DNA of 64,000 bases from a virus. How positions within the stretch are numbered: position 1 is the first letter of the stretch; each line of letters starts with the position of its first letter. The notes under the pieces were generated by a model. That model saw only the letters and a list, made by a program, of their open reading frames with translations, was not told the origin of the DNA and did not search any database. The translations under genes were made by a program, and so were the position numbers. Of the stretch, positions 45,701-56,100 are shown in pieces. The stretch lies in the IMG/VR virus record IMGVR_UViG_3300045988_126562. One strand, 5' to 3'.

Positions 45701-47186
45701 TAAACATTAAAACTCCTAGAGCATTTAAGTCCTCATTTTGAATAGCTTTCCAGTTAGGGTTAATTTTATATTTAGTTAGATTAATATTCAGCCACCTATT
45801 AAGTGAGTTGTCTGATACGAAAGATATTTCTTTATTTTCACTATCTTTTAAGTCATTAAATATTTGAGCTATTTTAGAAGTTTGATTTTTTCTATGTTCT
45901 CTTAATACAGCCAGATAGTTCTTTAATTCTTTTTCTATTTCTTCCCTTGAATTTTTAGATACTTTACGTTCTCCTTTTATAATTCCTTTGATCATAGTAA
46001 ACTGATAACTATTTCCTACTTTAGTTACCATAGCATCATAGGCTTTTTGGAAACTTGCTTCGTCATACCCAGAATTAAAAACATCAAAACCAAACATCTT
46101 AGTTACAGTTTCTACTGTATTCTCAGCTAATTTAGAAGTTAGCGGCTGAGATTCTGTTTTAATATTCAACAGGCCAAATAATTTATACCTAGTAGAAATA
46201 TTTGGAGTTAAGATTTTGGATGTCACATTAGAACTAGTAAAAGAATCTCCTGTTCTTCCAAGTTGGATAGGAATTAACTTCAAATTAAAGTTAGTAGGCT
46301 TTACTCCTATATTCTCTAGCATTGTTTGATAAGTCATTAACTGTGCTAAAGCTGTAGCTTTCTTATCCGGATCCCAGGCATCATAATTAGTTCCAGATAC
46401 TTTAAAGTCAATTATGTCTATAGTATTATCATCGTAAACTAATACCATATCCATTTTTCCTCTAATATTATAGGTAGAGTCTTTAAAATCAATACAGGGT
46501 TCAATAAAAGTATATTTTATTTTCTTATTAGCTGTTAATCCCTTTTTAATAGAATATAGTTGTTTAACCGTCTGTAATATAGCTTCATCTGATAATGAGT
46601 CAATATTAATGTTTTCGCTTCCAAATTCAGCAATTTTTCTTCTTACTTCCTTAGGATACTTAGAATAATCCAAAAATGGATTCATAAATACATCATAGGC
46701 TATTTTGTGTAATCCTTTACCTACTTTCCTTATTTGGTCAAATCTAAGTTTTTCAGAATTTACCTTTTCTTCGATTATAGCTTTCCTTTCTTCTTCTGGC
46801 AGTTGCCTATAATCGCTTTCTAGAGTTCTTCTATAAGCTCTCTCCCAGTTTTCTAAATTAAATTGTTCTGATTTGTCAGTCAATCCTTGAGTTTTTATAA
46901 ATTCAAGAACTCCTATTGAATTATCATCATAAACATCATCAAACTCATCACTGTCATATTTTGATATCTTAGTTCTTAGTTTTTTTAGATGCTCTTGATT
47001 TTTATTGTTTACTTTGTTGATTATAGCTATATTTTCAGCAGTTAAATCTTTACTAAATCTATAGTCTTCTGCTGTTTCTAGACTAAACTCATCTGGATTA
47101 TTTCTTATATATGAATCTAATTCCTCTTCACTTGAAAATGAACGAGCTATTTCTTTATATGTTAGTTCATACGTACAGTCTTTCAT
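42705..47186 (-). CDS. 1493-aa virion-block protein with an N-terminal PD-(D/E)xK-like nuclease motif and C-terminal hydrophobic segments
   Basis: IRGKMDMVLVYDDNTIDIIDFKVSG resembles RecB/Cas4-family motifs II-III (G.iD.v......iiDyKtg). A probable TM segment lies near the C-terminus (VGGLAFFSILMYLLFGNV). Confidence 0.5.
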   Translation of the reverse strand: MKDCTYELTYKEIARSFSSEEELDSYIRNNPDEFSLETAEDYRFSKDLTAENIAIINKVNNKNQEHLKKLRTKISKYDSDEFDDVYDDNSIGVLEFIKTQGLTDKSEQFNLENWERAYRRTLESDYRQLPEEERKAIIEEKVNSEKLRFDQIRKVGKGLHKIAYDVFMNPFLDYSKYPKEVRRKIAEFGSENINIDSLSDEAILQTVKQLYSIKKGLTANKKIKYTFIEPCIDFKDSTYNIRGKMDMVLVYDDNTIDIIDFKVSGTNYDAWDPDKKATALAQLMTYQTMLENIGVKPTNFNLKLIPIQLGRTGDSFTSSNVTSKILTPNISTRYKLFGLLNIKTESQPLTSKLAENTVETVTKMFGFDVFNSGYDEASFQKAYDAMVTKVGNSYQFTMIKGIIKGERKVSKNSREEIEKELKNYLAVLREHRKNQTSKIAQIFNDLKDSENKEISFVSDNSLNRWLNINLTKYKINPNWKAIQNEDLNALGVLMFKNDADRTVDFVSIMYEDIDLPLNLEKGNTILGHLYSDNMSSSNKLVANMGNIELVKLLYLANQLADNYETGELKVLGLSNKSVIDDTVIREKLENNYNILANSVGIETNKVRAGELYARVASLYEAIVNSTSVANYFRANSINPNNFKNDKLSELVNDKAEQLKRLEKLRDALNEHYYKYRFNATEDNSILGYLKSQVDLAISKLSGYSIDFRNETKLSGNILGGQGLRESIENKTLFNSINLRPQDTIPIIQAIYDRVMEANSIIRNKYMAYKVVDRRHTDKFKNSNPGFRNNRFVNNSEIIFKNLIDRSNTRDLRLKDFRYDDTLSKDEKEYLEWYVRDLTRIKYDLTLEEAEDQGYDIFQLPLVRAGALSRIVNNKQNIKEALKDTLGLEDATIDPRMSLGLDSSETDFGKNGLIFDGIFNSFSLSSDPDKRLGMIEKEGLESFDINLERIKDLYNYVVTRKEILDPVIANVSSSLCSYAWNAQLSNGQLELNKPTLDFIVNFIKSSVLDMSLFDKDEKGLWRTVSSIKSVASKMVLGLNVLSMAKEGLVGWWTLFNNANANRFDDSRFGIKEASKAYSMVWQDGFRQIKTITMGEHLNAQYGIANVSEQEMVERLNYYQGEVGRVNNILFFTARSPDFLHRMTVFTAYMLKDGNYDAHKLVGDHIEYNWREDKRFSIYAKYQNTPESEIPKSELETFQEQRSLYLTIWRQMIDEGAVVTNWETGETRSMTDDDKDIPKAYTVLESNKMIQEANMMFGYMDSTNKSMWFRKGIGVILGQFQSYITARGAQYFLTPGTYKTGKWVDKVDSVTGKKLYWKYDDSGKRVETTENTGFPVKDWQGGMMEGIFWSLASLINVVNYIKGGTSREDFLKAWNDPTKLRNLNLFLGDVGGLAFFSILMYLLFGNVKESDKTAIDKNIELVLRNASSEFNIWKTFTGQLELNFVAWGVITRFVTSLKDAISGDSNLPRAFVSNVGAFKPFKPMIYDMFPLDEQE

Positions 47187-50119
47187 TATTTACAGTCTAT
47201 TTTTAAATTATTATTTTGAATTAGGTTAGATTTCACATTAGAAATTTTATTTTCAGTAATGGTTTTATCTAAATTTACTCCTATCGTTAAGTCTTTCAAA
47301 AGAGAACTATTTCCATCTAGTAATAATGTTTTCATTAGAGTATTCATAAACTCAGAGTCGTCTCTAAATTTATCTGTAGAGTCGGTCCGGAATAGTTGAA
47401 AAGCTAACTCTTTAATATTTAAATCAGATACTTTTAAGGCTCCATAATCTTGTACCCTTCCCATAAAATAGTCAGTTACTGCATGTACCAAAACTTCTTC
47501 AGCATAATCATTTGGAGATAACTCTCTGTACCTTTCTTTTAGTTCTTCAAATTGAGTTAAATCAGGTATATTTTTGAGCATTTCAGAATACGCTGCTGGA
47601 TTAGATACTTTATATTGAGCTAATAATAAATGCATCAACTCATGTATAGGAGAATCTTCTGTACTTAAATCTGAGTTTAAGATTATCATTCCACTATGTA
47701 TAAAAGCTTTGTTACTTGCCAAATTAGGTCCAAATAATGAGGTAATTTCATCAGAAGTAAACATATTCACTTTGATTCCTGATCTTTTCAAAGAATTAGC
47801 TAAAACTTCAAGCATATTTACGTTAGAATAATTAGGAGCATTTACCTCTACTCTGGAAATTGCCTCTGGAGTATAATGGGCGAATACATAAAATTTTTTA
47901 TTCTGAAAGTTATTATAATTTCCAAATTCTTCATTTAGGAAATTTTCATAAGTATCATAAATAGTTTTTTCAAAGATTTCTCTTAGTTCTGGCTCGAAGA
48001 ATTTCTTGTATTCTGTTACATTATGTCCAACAAACAAATCATCCTTTACTAATCCAGATAAAGTATTGTAATATACATTATCTCCAATGTATCTTAAGTC
48101 TGACATATACAGAGGAGAATGGTTAGAATAAGTACTATTAATCTGAGACTTAGGTATTTCTACATAGGTATTACCTTCGGATAGAATGAATCCATAATTG
48201 TTGTCAGTTATATTTACTAATACCCCGGTCTTTCTTTTATTATCATCAAATAAGAGAGAAAATACTACTCCTTTATTAAATCCTCCAGTATATACATTAT
48301 ACATGGAAGTATAGGGATTGAGTTTAGGTCTAAATTTAAAATCATAGATATGGTCTATAACCATTTTCATCTTATTCTGTGATACTGTATTAGTTATTGT
48401 GACAGTATCCCCAGCTTGCATCTCTTTTAAATTGGCAAATAATCCGGGATTCTCACTATTAGTAAATTTTTGAAATTCTTCATTAGTAAAAGACTTATTT
48501 ATTGTTGATTTTGTAAAAGATAAATTTAATTCACTATCCAAGTAAGATAAAAATTCTCCTCTGTTTCTATTAATTGTATAATAATTTGGATAAATATAAG
48601 AAGATATTCCAGATTGATTTGCAGCTTTAACTGCTTGTATTGCAAAATCATCATACACTGTAGAATGTACTGACTCTACTAATACTCCATCAGTGTTTAA
48701 TTTTTCTATTAATTCAGACAATCCCTTTACAACTGATTTAGTAGGAATGGATTTCTGTTTTAGAACTACCCATTTTGGTTTTTTACCTTTCCCTGCATTC
48801 TTTCCTGTTTTTGTTGAAACTTCCGCTTTTATTTCCTTTATTTGTTCATCAGTTAATTCATACTTAGGATTTATTAATATTTTTAAAGGTTTGCCTGACT
48901 TTACTGTTGCAAATTTGGAGGTTGATTCATCTAATATTAGTTCTACATAAGTATCTTTAGATTTTAAAGTACTATTCATTACGTAGTTACTCTCATTTAA
49001 ATAAATCACTTTATCCTCTACTTGATAATCATCCTCCACTTCAATAGAACCTACTTTTGGAATATAAGATTCATCCATTGAAATCTCTGGAGTTTTATAT
49101 AAATAATCAATTATATTATTTATTGTTTTATTAACACTAGGATCAAATAATTCATTTACTTCTATATCTTCGTTATTCAATAAATCATTTAATAGCTGTT
49201 CGTACTTTCCAGTTTTATTATCCTCGTAAAACTTTTTAAATTGAATTGGAACATTGTCTGGCAATTGAGAATCTGATACATCAGTAGCACTTTTGTAATT
49301 TCTTACCTTCTGCAATAATCCTATAATATTAGAATTAGTATATTTATGATTATTGAATACTGTTATATTATTTCCATATCCTATTATTGATTTTATTTTA
49401 TCTCCTACAACTGTGGTTCCAGTTATATTTATAGAATTTTCCGTTTTAGATTTTATTATTCCTCCTAACTCTCTTAGTAAATTTTTACTTAATTCACTAT
49501 CGTCCGATTGAGCTAGCAATAGCAACTTTTTGGCAGCTGTTAATTCTGATACTCCTTCCAAATGTTCTCTAAATGGATGATTTGAATCTAGAATCTGCTC
49601 TACATAATTAGATAAGGTTCTATAAATAGGACTGTTTTTATTAGTAGATTCCTTACTTGCGTATTTAAACGCTAGAGTTTGGGATAAAGAAGATCCTGAT
49701 TCCATAATTGATGGATTTAATAGAATAAAATCCCTTTTAGTTCCTATATAGGCTTTACTTAATTTAGTAGAGTCACTAAATAAAAAAGAATTATCAGTAT
49801 AATTAAGAAGATTGGTAATAGCAGAAACTGCGCTAAAGTCAGTAGACTGATTTATTCTAGATAATGTAGCAAGATTTAAACTAGTTGCATTACCTATAGC
49901 ATAATCTCCAATATTGGTAGCTATTTGTTCTCCTTTAGCAATAATTTCATTTACATCTTGATCTACAGTATTTATAATATCGTCAATTTCCGATTGAAAT
50001 CTTTTACTTCTAACTAAAGTCCCTAAAATACTATCTAGAGATGTGGACGAAATATCCACATCTCTAAAAGTATATTTTTTAGAACCTATTTGTATTTGTA
50101 CACAACCTTTCTTACTCAT
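47186..50119 (-). CDS. 978-aa protein with an HExxH zincin-like motif
   Basis: SPIHELMHLLLAQY, with HELMH encoded at 47630-47644. The ATG at 50119 forms an ATGAGTAA overlap with the upstream gene's stop. Confidence 0.5.
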   Translation of the reverse strand: MSKKGCVQIQIGSKKYTFRDVDISSTSLDSILGTLVRSKRFQSEIDDIINTVDQDVNEIIAKGEQIATNIGDYAIGNATSLNLATLSRINQSTDFSAVSAITNLLNYTDNSFLFSDSTKLSKAYIGTKRDFILLNPSIMESGSSLSQTLAFKYASKESTNKNSPIYRTLSNYVEQILDSNHPFREHLEGVSELTAAKKLLLLAQSDDSELSKNLLRELGGIIKSKTENSINITGTTVVGDKIKSIIGYGNNITVFNNHKYTNSNIIGLLQKVRNYKSATDVSDSQLPDNVPIQFKKFYEDNKTGKYEQLLNDLLNNEDIEVNELFDPSVNKTINNIIDYLYKTPEISMDESYIPKVGSIEVEDDYQVEDKVIYLNESNYVMNSTLKSKDTYVELILDESTSKFATVKSGKPLKILINPKYELTDEQIKEIKAEVSTKTGKNAGKGKKPKWVVLKQKSIPTKSVVKGLSELIEKLNTDGVLVESVHSTVYDDFAIQAVKAANQSGISSYIYPNYYTINRNRGEFLSYLDSELNLSFTKSTINKSFTNEEFQKFTNSENPGLFANLKEMQAGDTVTITNTVSQNKMKMVIDHIYDFKFRPKLNPYTSMYNVYTGGFNKGVVFSLLFDDNKRKTGVLVNITDNNYGFILSEGNTYVEIPKSQINSTYSNHSPLYMSDLRYIGDNVYYNTLSGLVKDDLFVGHNVTEYKKFFEPELREIFEKTIYDTYENFLNEEFGNYNNFQNKKFYVFAHYTPEAISRVEVNAPNYSNVNMLEVLANSLKRSGIKVNMFTSDEITSLFGPNLASNKAFIHSGMIILNSDLSTEDSPIHELMHLLLAQYKVSNPAAYSEMLKNIPDLTQFEELKERYRELSPNDYAEEVLVHAVTDYFMGRVQDYGALKVSDLNIKELAFQLFRTDSTDKFRDDSEFMNTLMKTLLLDGNSSLLKDLTIGVNLDKTITENKISNVKSNLIQNNNLKIDCK

Positions 50120-53100
50120 CACAGGTTAATTTAATATCAAGTTTATTATCTGCAAACAAATTCATAAATTTAACATAGATATTATCTGCCTTAATTTTAT
50201 ATACTCTGGAAACTCCATCTCTAAAGAATAGAGAAGTAGGATTGTTTTCAATAAACAAATCCTGAACCTTCCCATCATGATAAATAACTTTTTTACCAGC
50301 TACATATTGAACATCAAATCCACTACCAGTTTCACCTGCAAATCTAATAAGTAGATCGTCTTCGTCAATATTAATATCCATATTAGGAAGATTAGCTTCA
50401 AACTCCGTAAACTTAGAAATAATTGAATTTTTTGGACTAGACTTAATAGCATCCTCAAAAATCCTGGTCATAGTATTTGGACCAAAACCATTGTTGCTGA
50501 CAAGAAGATTATATGCGAAGAATAAGTCCTCTATTCTTACATTGTTATAAGTATCATCCTTAATAGAATTAAATCCAGAAACATAATCGTTAAATAGATT
50601 TTCATTCATCTCGCTGGATATGTTATTTAAGTCTATAGGGAGTTTGAGAAAATCCCTCACTCCAAAAGAAGTTTTAGTATAACCAAACATCAAATCAGAT
50701 AAAAATCTGTTAGTGGGATATTTGTTTTGCAACTCAGGTATGATATAGTTCTCCATGATTCTTTTAAATGAAGCTCTTCCAAATACATCATTTAATTGAA
50801 GCACTTCTTCCTCTCTTTTACTTGTTGATCCATCAGCATTATAATAAGGAAGTACTTCGCCAACCATAGGAATCTCAAAACTCAAATTATCAAAAAATTC
50901 ACTAATAGTTACATCATCCACAAATCTCTTAATAACCCTCATTGTATCGGGCTTAATAGTCTTAACTATGCCCCTGTGAACTAACAGATCAGCCATTTTA
51001 GAAAACGTTCTATACTTATAACTAAAAGTATTAAGAATATCCTCATTCAATGCTAACGCTTGATACATTTTACTAAAGTGAGGTGATGATGAAATAGCAG
51101 CAAGTACATTAAATGTAGTTTTGCTTTTTTCATATAGATTAATTTGATGTTGTCTATATTCAGGATCTTTAATGAACTGAATTAAATCAAAATTCTTTCC
51201 AGTTTTAGATTTAATGAAATCTTCTCTTCTCTTAATAAAATTATAAAAATCATTTCTAAGAGTTTTTAGTCCCTGATTTAATCCACACCATTGAGAGTAT
51301 TCAGAAATTTCATCTCCTCCTTCCACAAGGTTATTCAATAATTCAAGAGTATTATTTATATCACCTTTAATAGTAGCCAACTGATTTTTTCTGTTTATAG
51401 ACTCTGTAAGGAATCTATTAACTAAGAAAGCAGTTTGCTTAAAATCCCTTCTATTAGCTACAAATCCTTCTTCTCCTAATTCATCTGCTATTTCTCTTAA
51501 TTGCTCAATCTCATCTTGAGAAAGAACTCTACTAGCAGCAACAGAGAAATCTGATTCATGTTCAGTTATTTTATCAATTAAAGTATACAGATAATCGGAA
51601 CCAGAATCCTTTATAAACTTCTTAAATTCAGCAGCCTTAGTAGGTATTTGGGAGTCTATTTTGGTGTTTAATACGTTTATTACACTATTAACAAAATCCT
51701 TTCCAACATAATCAGCAATATCAGCTCCTTCTTGGTAAAATTTTATAGCCCTGTTAATATTAGAATATTTACTTTCTTCGTTAAACAACGACCGTTGAGC
51801 TTTATTATTAACCAAAGAGATAACACTAGATGTCATAAACTTTGTAATGGTAGTAAATGGTACTCCAGAACTAATCAAGTAAATATATACCTTAGCCAAA
51901 TCTCCAGAAGCGTTGATTTTTTTCAATACTAGCTCTTTAGCATTATCGGTAGAAATATTCAACATAACTCCCAAAGTTTCATAAACCTCTTCTTGTAAGC
52001 CTCCTTTCTTAATTTTGTCTACCAATTCTGAGATAGCAGAACCATCTGCTGCACTCAGATTTAAATTAGGTAAAGTAGGAGTAAACTTAATTTCAAATGG
52101 TTTACCTTCGCTATCATATGCTGTATAACTAGATGAGCCTTTAAGCTTTAACTCATATTTTTCTACGTTTGCTGTATCAGATAACTTAAGTAATTCCACT
52201 AGTAAGTTTAGGTGCTCCATAGACTTATCAGATTGTCTAAAGTCTTCCTTTCTAGCTTCTAAAACTAATTTAGCTTCTTCTTCAGATAATCCACTATTTA
52301 TCAACTCAGATAAAGATAGTTCTTCAAGTCTAGACAGAACTACATCCAATTCAGGCTCTACTCCTAAATTCACAGAAATAGTTGCCAGGAAATTATCCAA
52401 TGCTTGTTTAGCCATAGGAACAACTTTAGATAGATTGTCTTGATAGAAAACAAGTAAAGATGAAAACGCCTTAATTCCATTTGCAAAAGCTCCAATTGAA
52501 GATTTACCTACAGCATTTTCCTTTTGGGCAACCATTTTAGCACCAGGATTCTCATTTGATGATACTTCCCCAAATCTACCTGCTGTTGATTTAGAGGCCG
52601 CTTCACGAGCAGGGTCAATAGTTAATGTAGCAGTTTCAGCTAAGAAGTTTCTAGGATCAGCTCCTACTTTAAACATATTATTAAATATCTTATTCTTTAC
52701 TCCTTCGTTTTTATTATATTGGAATTTATTATGAGTATTGATAATATTTAACAAATAGTCACTAGCTCCAGAAACTATGTTAGTTTCTTTTATTTTTTCT
52801 AACATTTCAGCTAATCTGTCCAAAAATACTGAATATTGTTTACCTTCGTATAAAGATTCTAAATCATTATACTCAGACACATCAATTCCCGATTCATCTA
52901 CAGTATAAGTTTTTCCATTTGGTAGTGGAAGCTCTTTAGACTTATTAAATAAATCAGTAGTTTCCCACATAAAATAAGGAGACCAATTAATATATACTCC
53001 GTTATCACCTATACTAGAGTTCATAACATAGATCTTATCAATATCAAAGTCGGAACCCTCATATATCAACATTTCTATTGGAGTATATACGATATTAGTA

Positions 53101-56100
53101 TCAGTGTCTATAAAAGAAGCTATCTTCATATTCATGAATGACTGCATAGACTGAGCAGGAATACGAGCAGCAATTACTTTTAAAGCTTCATTGAAAGATT
53201 GATTCATCATAAAAGCTCTCTTAGTATCCTCAGCTTCAGGATTTATCTTTGAGATATATTCAAAAGCTTCTTGATATGATTTAATGGGAACTTTTATTTT
53301 GTTCAAAGATCCATACAGTTTAAGAAGATTAGATAATCTCTTAAAATTTCTACTTAAAGTCTCTTCATCATTATATTCTTTATCAAAATTAGAGAAGTTA
53401 AAGTTGTTAGTATAGAAGCTTTCAGTATTCCATATATTCTTAATATCCTCATTGGAAAATCCCGTAACCATTTCTACAGTTTCTCCATCTGGAGTAGTAA
53501 CATCATAGAAGGCCATATTTTTATTAACAGGGTATTTAATATCATCATTAATTCTCCTAATAAGGCCCTCATTTGCGGTTATTATTTGGTCCTGAATATT
53601 TTTTTCAGAAACAGTATATCCTGCGCTTCTAAGTTTCTTGATAATATTAGGATCATATGAGAAGTTTAACTTATAGTTATTTCCAACAAAATATAGATTA
53701 TAAAACTTAGAATCAATTGGATTGCTCCTTCTTTCTCTTAACTTATTCTTAAAAAACTCCACATCAATATTACTAATAGTATCTCCAGGAGATAACAAGA
53801 ATTTAGAAGCAAATGGTTTACCTACTGCCAATTCATTAGGAGTATATTCTGATGTAATAATATCAGCTTGAGCAGAGTCATTTCTATATTTAATTGGAAC
53901 TGGATACTTACCAGATTGAATACTCTTCATATCCTCTTGGATGGCAACTTTAATATAGCTCTTTAATTTATCTATATTTCCCTCCTTTAAATAAGGAATC
54001 AAATCAACAGTTCTAGATTCTCCCTTATCATTGATAGTTAGATACTTAGCCTTAATAAGTTCATTAACCTCTATAAATACCTGATCCAAGTATTGGGGCT
54101 GCTCTAAGTTAAATTCTTTTACATACTGTTTCAGCTTACTAGATAACAAGACAGAATCCAAATCATAGATATCAAATGTAGAATCCTCTACATTTACTTG
54201 ATCTGGATTAACAGTAACTACATAATTTTGTGCTCTTAGATTTCTACCTTTTGAGGCAAGTTTCTTTACAGTTTGACCTCTCATAGATTTTACTTCTTCC
54301 AAAGTGATACTAGGAGTATTACCAAACGTAGTTACTAACGTTCCTACTTGTACTGCTTGACCATTTAATTCAATCCAATCTCCGCACCTTATTTGGGATA
54401 CTGGAACTTCTACATCTAGAGATGTTAACGTCTCCTTAATATTAGATGTTTCATTTTTTTCCGCTATCCTAGAAAAATCCTGCTCAGTAATAACATTACC
54501 ATTATAGTCATACACAGAATATAAATCAAAACAAGGAGTCATAACTCCAGTAAATCCAGAGAACTTACGTTTAATTATATCTTTATTAAATCCGTTTCTG
54601 AAATTAGTTTCAAACATTCCTAATAGGTTATTATCATCAAAAGGAATGGGTTGAGTAATTATGTTACTTTTTGCTAGCTCTTCTTGGATTCTATCCAAAT
54701 AAGCAGATGCAATACTAATTCTATCTTCTGAATCATTAAATACTCTACACAGTGCTCTACCTAGAATGGTGTTAAGTTCTTGCCTTCCTACTTCTGTATT
54801 AATATCCCATTTCCTATACAGATCGAGTCTATCTGAAATAGTTTGTCCAATATCAGACAAGATTTTGATAGCGATATCATGAGTATATGAACCTTGTTCC
54901 AAAGCAGAAATAACTTGAGTCATTTCGGATACTTGCTCATTTTCCACATCATGTTCCGCCGTTAATTGAATAATTAAGTATGCTGGATCAAACTCAGATG
55001 ATAAAAGAGGACTATCAAAATATTCAAACAAATCATGTCCAGTGGCATCAACTACTTTAGTATCAGGAATTGATTCTAAATAAGTATTTAAAGCCTCATC
55101 TAAATTATGTTTCCACTCTCTAGCATTAGCATCATCAGTTCCTCCCCTCTGCCTATTTCTTTCAATAAAATTTTCTTCTGACATAGTATAGATTTCATCA
55201 ATTACTATTTCATCAGAATTATTTATAGCGTCCAGTAAAGATAAATCGGAAAAGAATATAGGAACATTTAAATCAAGATTCTCTTCTAATAAACTAAGTA
55301 AAAACTCTTGATAAGCTGGGTCTCTTCTTTTCTTAAATTGTTGAGTAGTTTCTCCTTCTAGCTTATTTTTTGCAATATAATTCTTTATTTTGTCTCTATT
55401 ATAATCGTCGAAACTAATAAGATTATATCCCATTTTAGAAGCAACAGTTTTTCCTAAAGTTGGGTGTCCAAAAATAACTCTACTATTAGGATTAATTCTT
55501 TCCTGAGTAGAATTAAAGTATAAGCTTGCAGGATTAGGATTTACTATACCGTTTTTAACTCCAGAAGCATTAGCTAAGTAATGGATATCAGAATATTTCA
55601 TTGGTTGATAGTAAGTTCTCCCTCCTTCTATTTTTAAGTGCTTCTCAGGGATAAGCTTATTACTATACTGAGGAACATCTCTAATATCCTTAATTTTAGA
55701 TATTTCTGCTAATTTAGGATTACTTAGACGTCCAAATTTAACTAAATCATTATATTCTGCTATTTCATCACTATCTTCATAGATATTCACATCATTAGCA
55801 ATTCTAGCTACTTGGTGTATAGAATCTTCACTAGGCTCTAGTTTACCATTAGATAGTGAACAAGAATATGCCCCACCAAATGCTTTCCAAATATCATAAT
55901 TACTATTTAAGTGCAGAATTTTAGTTTCAGTCTCAGAACCGATAATATTTCCTCTACTGTCTACCTCTATTACTTGGGCTTTATAAATATTATCTACCTT
56001 TCCATTTACTACATCAGTTGATACCTTTTCTAAACTAGTTAACTCAAAATACCTATTCAAATCTAATTCTGGATCTATATAATACACAGATTGAAAATAG

